Assembly (NCBI GenBank): GCA_945907765.1
Contig: CAMDTO010000006.1
Location: 1 to 47,331 of the forward strand
Direction of reading: 5' to 3'
Source: Thermoflexus hugenholtzii JAD2
GTDB taxonomy: Bacteria > Chloroflexota > UBA11872 > UBA12225
DNA length: 47,331 bases
In this document: piece by piece, positions 46,501-47,331 of the stretch
How positions within the stretch are numbered: position 1 is the first letter of the stretch
How the letters are laid out: every line of letters starts with the position of its first letter
The notes under the pieces: generated by a model
What the model saw: the letters and a program-made list of their open reading frames with translations, nothing else
The model's database searches: none
Told to the model about the DNA's origin: nothing
Position numbers and translations under genes: made by a program

Positions 46501-47292
46501 TCAGAACATCACGACGCCGTTGTCGACATTGATCGATTGTCCCGTAATGGCGCGACTGCCGTCCGACACCAGGAAACTCACCAGTGGCGGAATGTCGCCG
46601 GGCACCTGTGTTCGGCCAAGCGGGGACCGCGACGCGACTTCCTTGAAGAGTTCACCCGGCGCCTTGCCCATGCGTCCGCCACGCTCACGGTCGATCAGCT
46701 CCCACATTGGCGTATCGACGTTTCCGGGGCAGAAGCAGTTGACCGTAATCCCGTGTGGCCCGAACTCCCACGCCGCGCTACGGACAAGCCCCAGGATTGC
46801 CGACTTGCTCGACTGGTAGTGCGCCTGGTAGGGCGACCCGATCTTCGCTGCGATCGACGCGGTCGCGATCAGCCGGCCTCCCTGGTCCTGCTTGACCAGA
46901 TGGCGGGCCGCCGCCTGGAAGCAGAGGAAGACCCCGCGGGTGTTGACGGAAAAGGTGCGGTCCCATTCAGCCACCGGCATGTCGAGAATCGGGTTGATTG
47001 TCAGGATCCCGGCATTTGCGATCATGGCATCAAGGCGTCCGAAGTGGCCGACGACCGCGTCCACCATCGTCGACGGCCCATCGTCCTTCGTCACATCAAC
47101 CGAAGCCGCCCACGCATCGCCGCCAGCAGCGCGGATGTCGGTGGCAACGGCCTCGGCCGCGTCCACGCGAAGGTCGGCAACTGCGACACGCGCACCATCC
47201 AATGCGAGGTGCATCGCAATCGCCTTGCCGATCGAACCGGCTGCCCCGGTCACGATCACCACCTTGCCCGAAAGCATCTGGGTCGGTTCCAT
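46501..47292 (-). CDS. SDR family oxidoreductase (acetoin/sorbitol dehydrogenase-like)
   Basis: TGAAGSIG, ANAG, YQSSK, VNCFCPG.VDTPMW and ITGQSINVD. Confidence 0.92.
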   Translation of the reverse strand: MEPTQMLSGKVVIVTGAAGSIGKAIAMHLALDGARVAVADLRVDAAEAVATDIRAAGGDAWAASVDVTKDDGPSTMVDAVVGHFGRLDAMIANAGILTINPILDMPVAEWDRTFSVNTRGVFLCFQAAARHLVKQDQGGRLIATASIAAKIGSPYQAHYQSSKSAILGLVRSAAWEFGPHGITVNCFCPGNVDTPMWELIDRERGGRMGKAPGELFKEVASRSPLGRTQVPGDIPPLVSFLVSDGSRAITGQSINVDNGVVMF

Positions 47293-47331
47293 AAAGATCC
47301 CTTCTGGCTCACGCGTCCGCCCACCGTCGGC

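Noticed and set aside
1-47331. CRISPR array, tRNA/rRNA, tRNA-Sec, integrase or transposase
   Set aside because: I saw no regularly spaced repeats, cloverleaf/T-loop signatures or recombinase motifs by eye. A tRNAscan/Infernal run would be needed to exclude them fully.

Overview
A GC-rich bacterial chromosomal segment. The Pro/Thr-rich exported proteins and gene mix suggest Chloroflexota, but this is inference only. It holds about 40 protein genes, and I recognised no rRNA, tRNA, CRISPR array or transposase. Housekeeping and metabolic genes include the 3' end of aspartokinase, cysS, gabD, several sugar-acid dehydratases (UxuA-like, RspA/ManD-like, IlvD/Edd), three SDRs, an aldo-keto reductase, hydrolases and several transporters. 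Three features stand out. (1) A divergent cluster at 29.1-33.8 kb looks like a potassium channel 'in pieces': a 2-TM TVGYGD pore fused to RCK, a separately encoded paralogous soluble RCK protein, a stand-alone cNMP-binding-domain protein, and a pore-less membrane protein with a complete S1-S4 voltage sensor. (2) A glutathione peroxidase is truncated in the ORF track because its catalytic codon is an in-frame TGA; a SECIS-like hairpin follows, so it is a probable selenoprotein (20640-21155). (3) A csoR-copA-cupredoxin-copZ operon has CopA carrying an extra TM helix and a C-terminal cupredoxin with a His-to-Gln altered copper site. All calls rest on motif reading; no database search was run.
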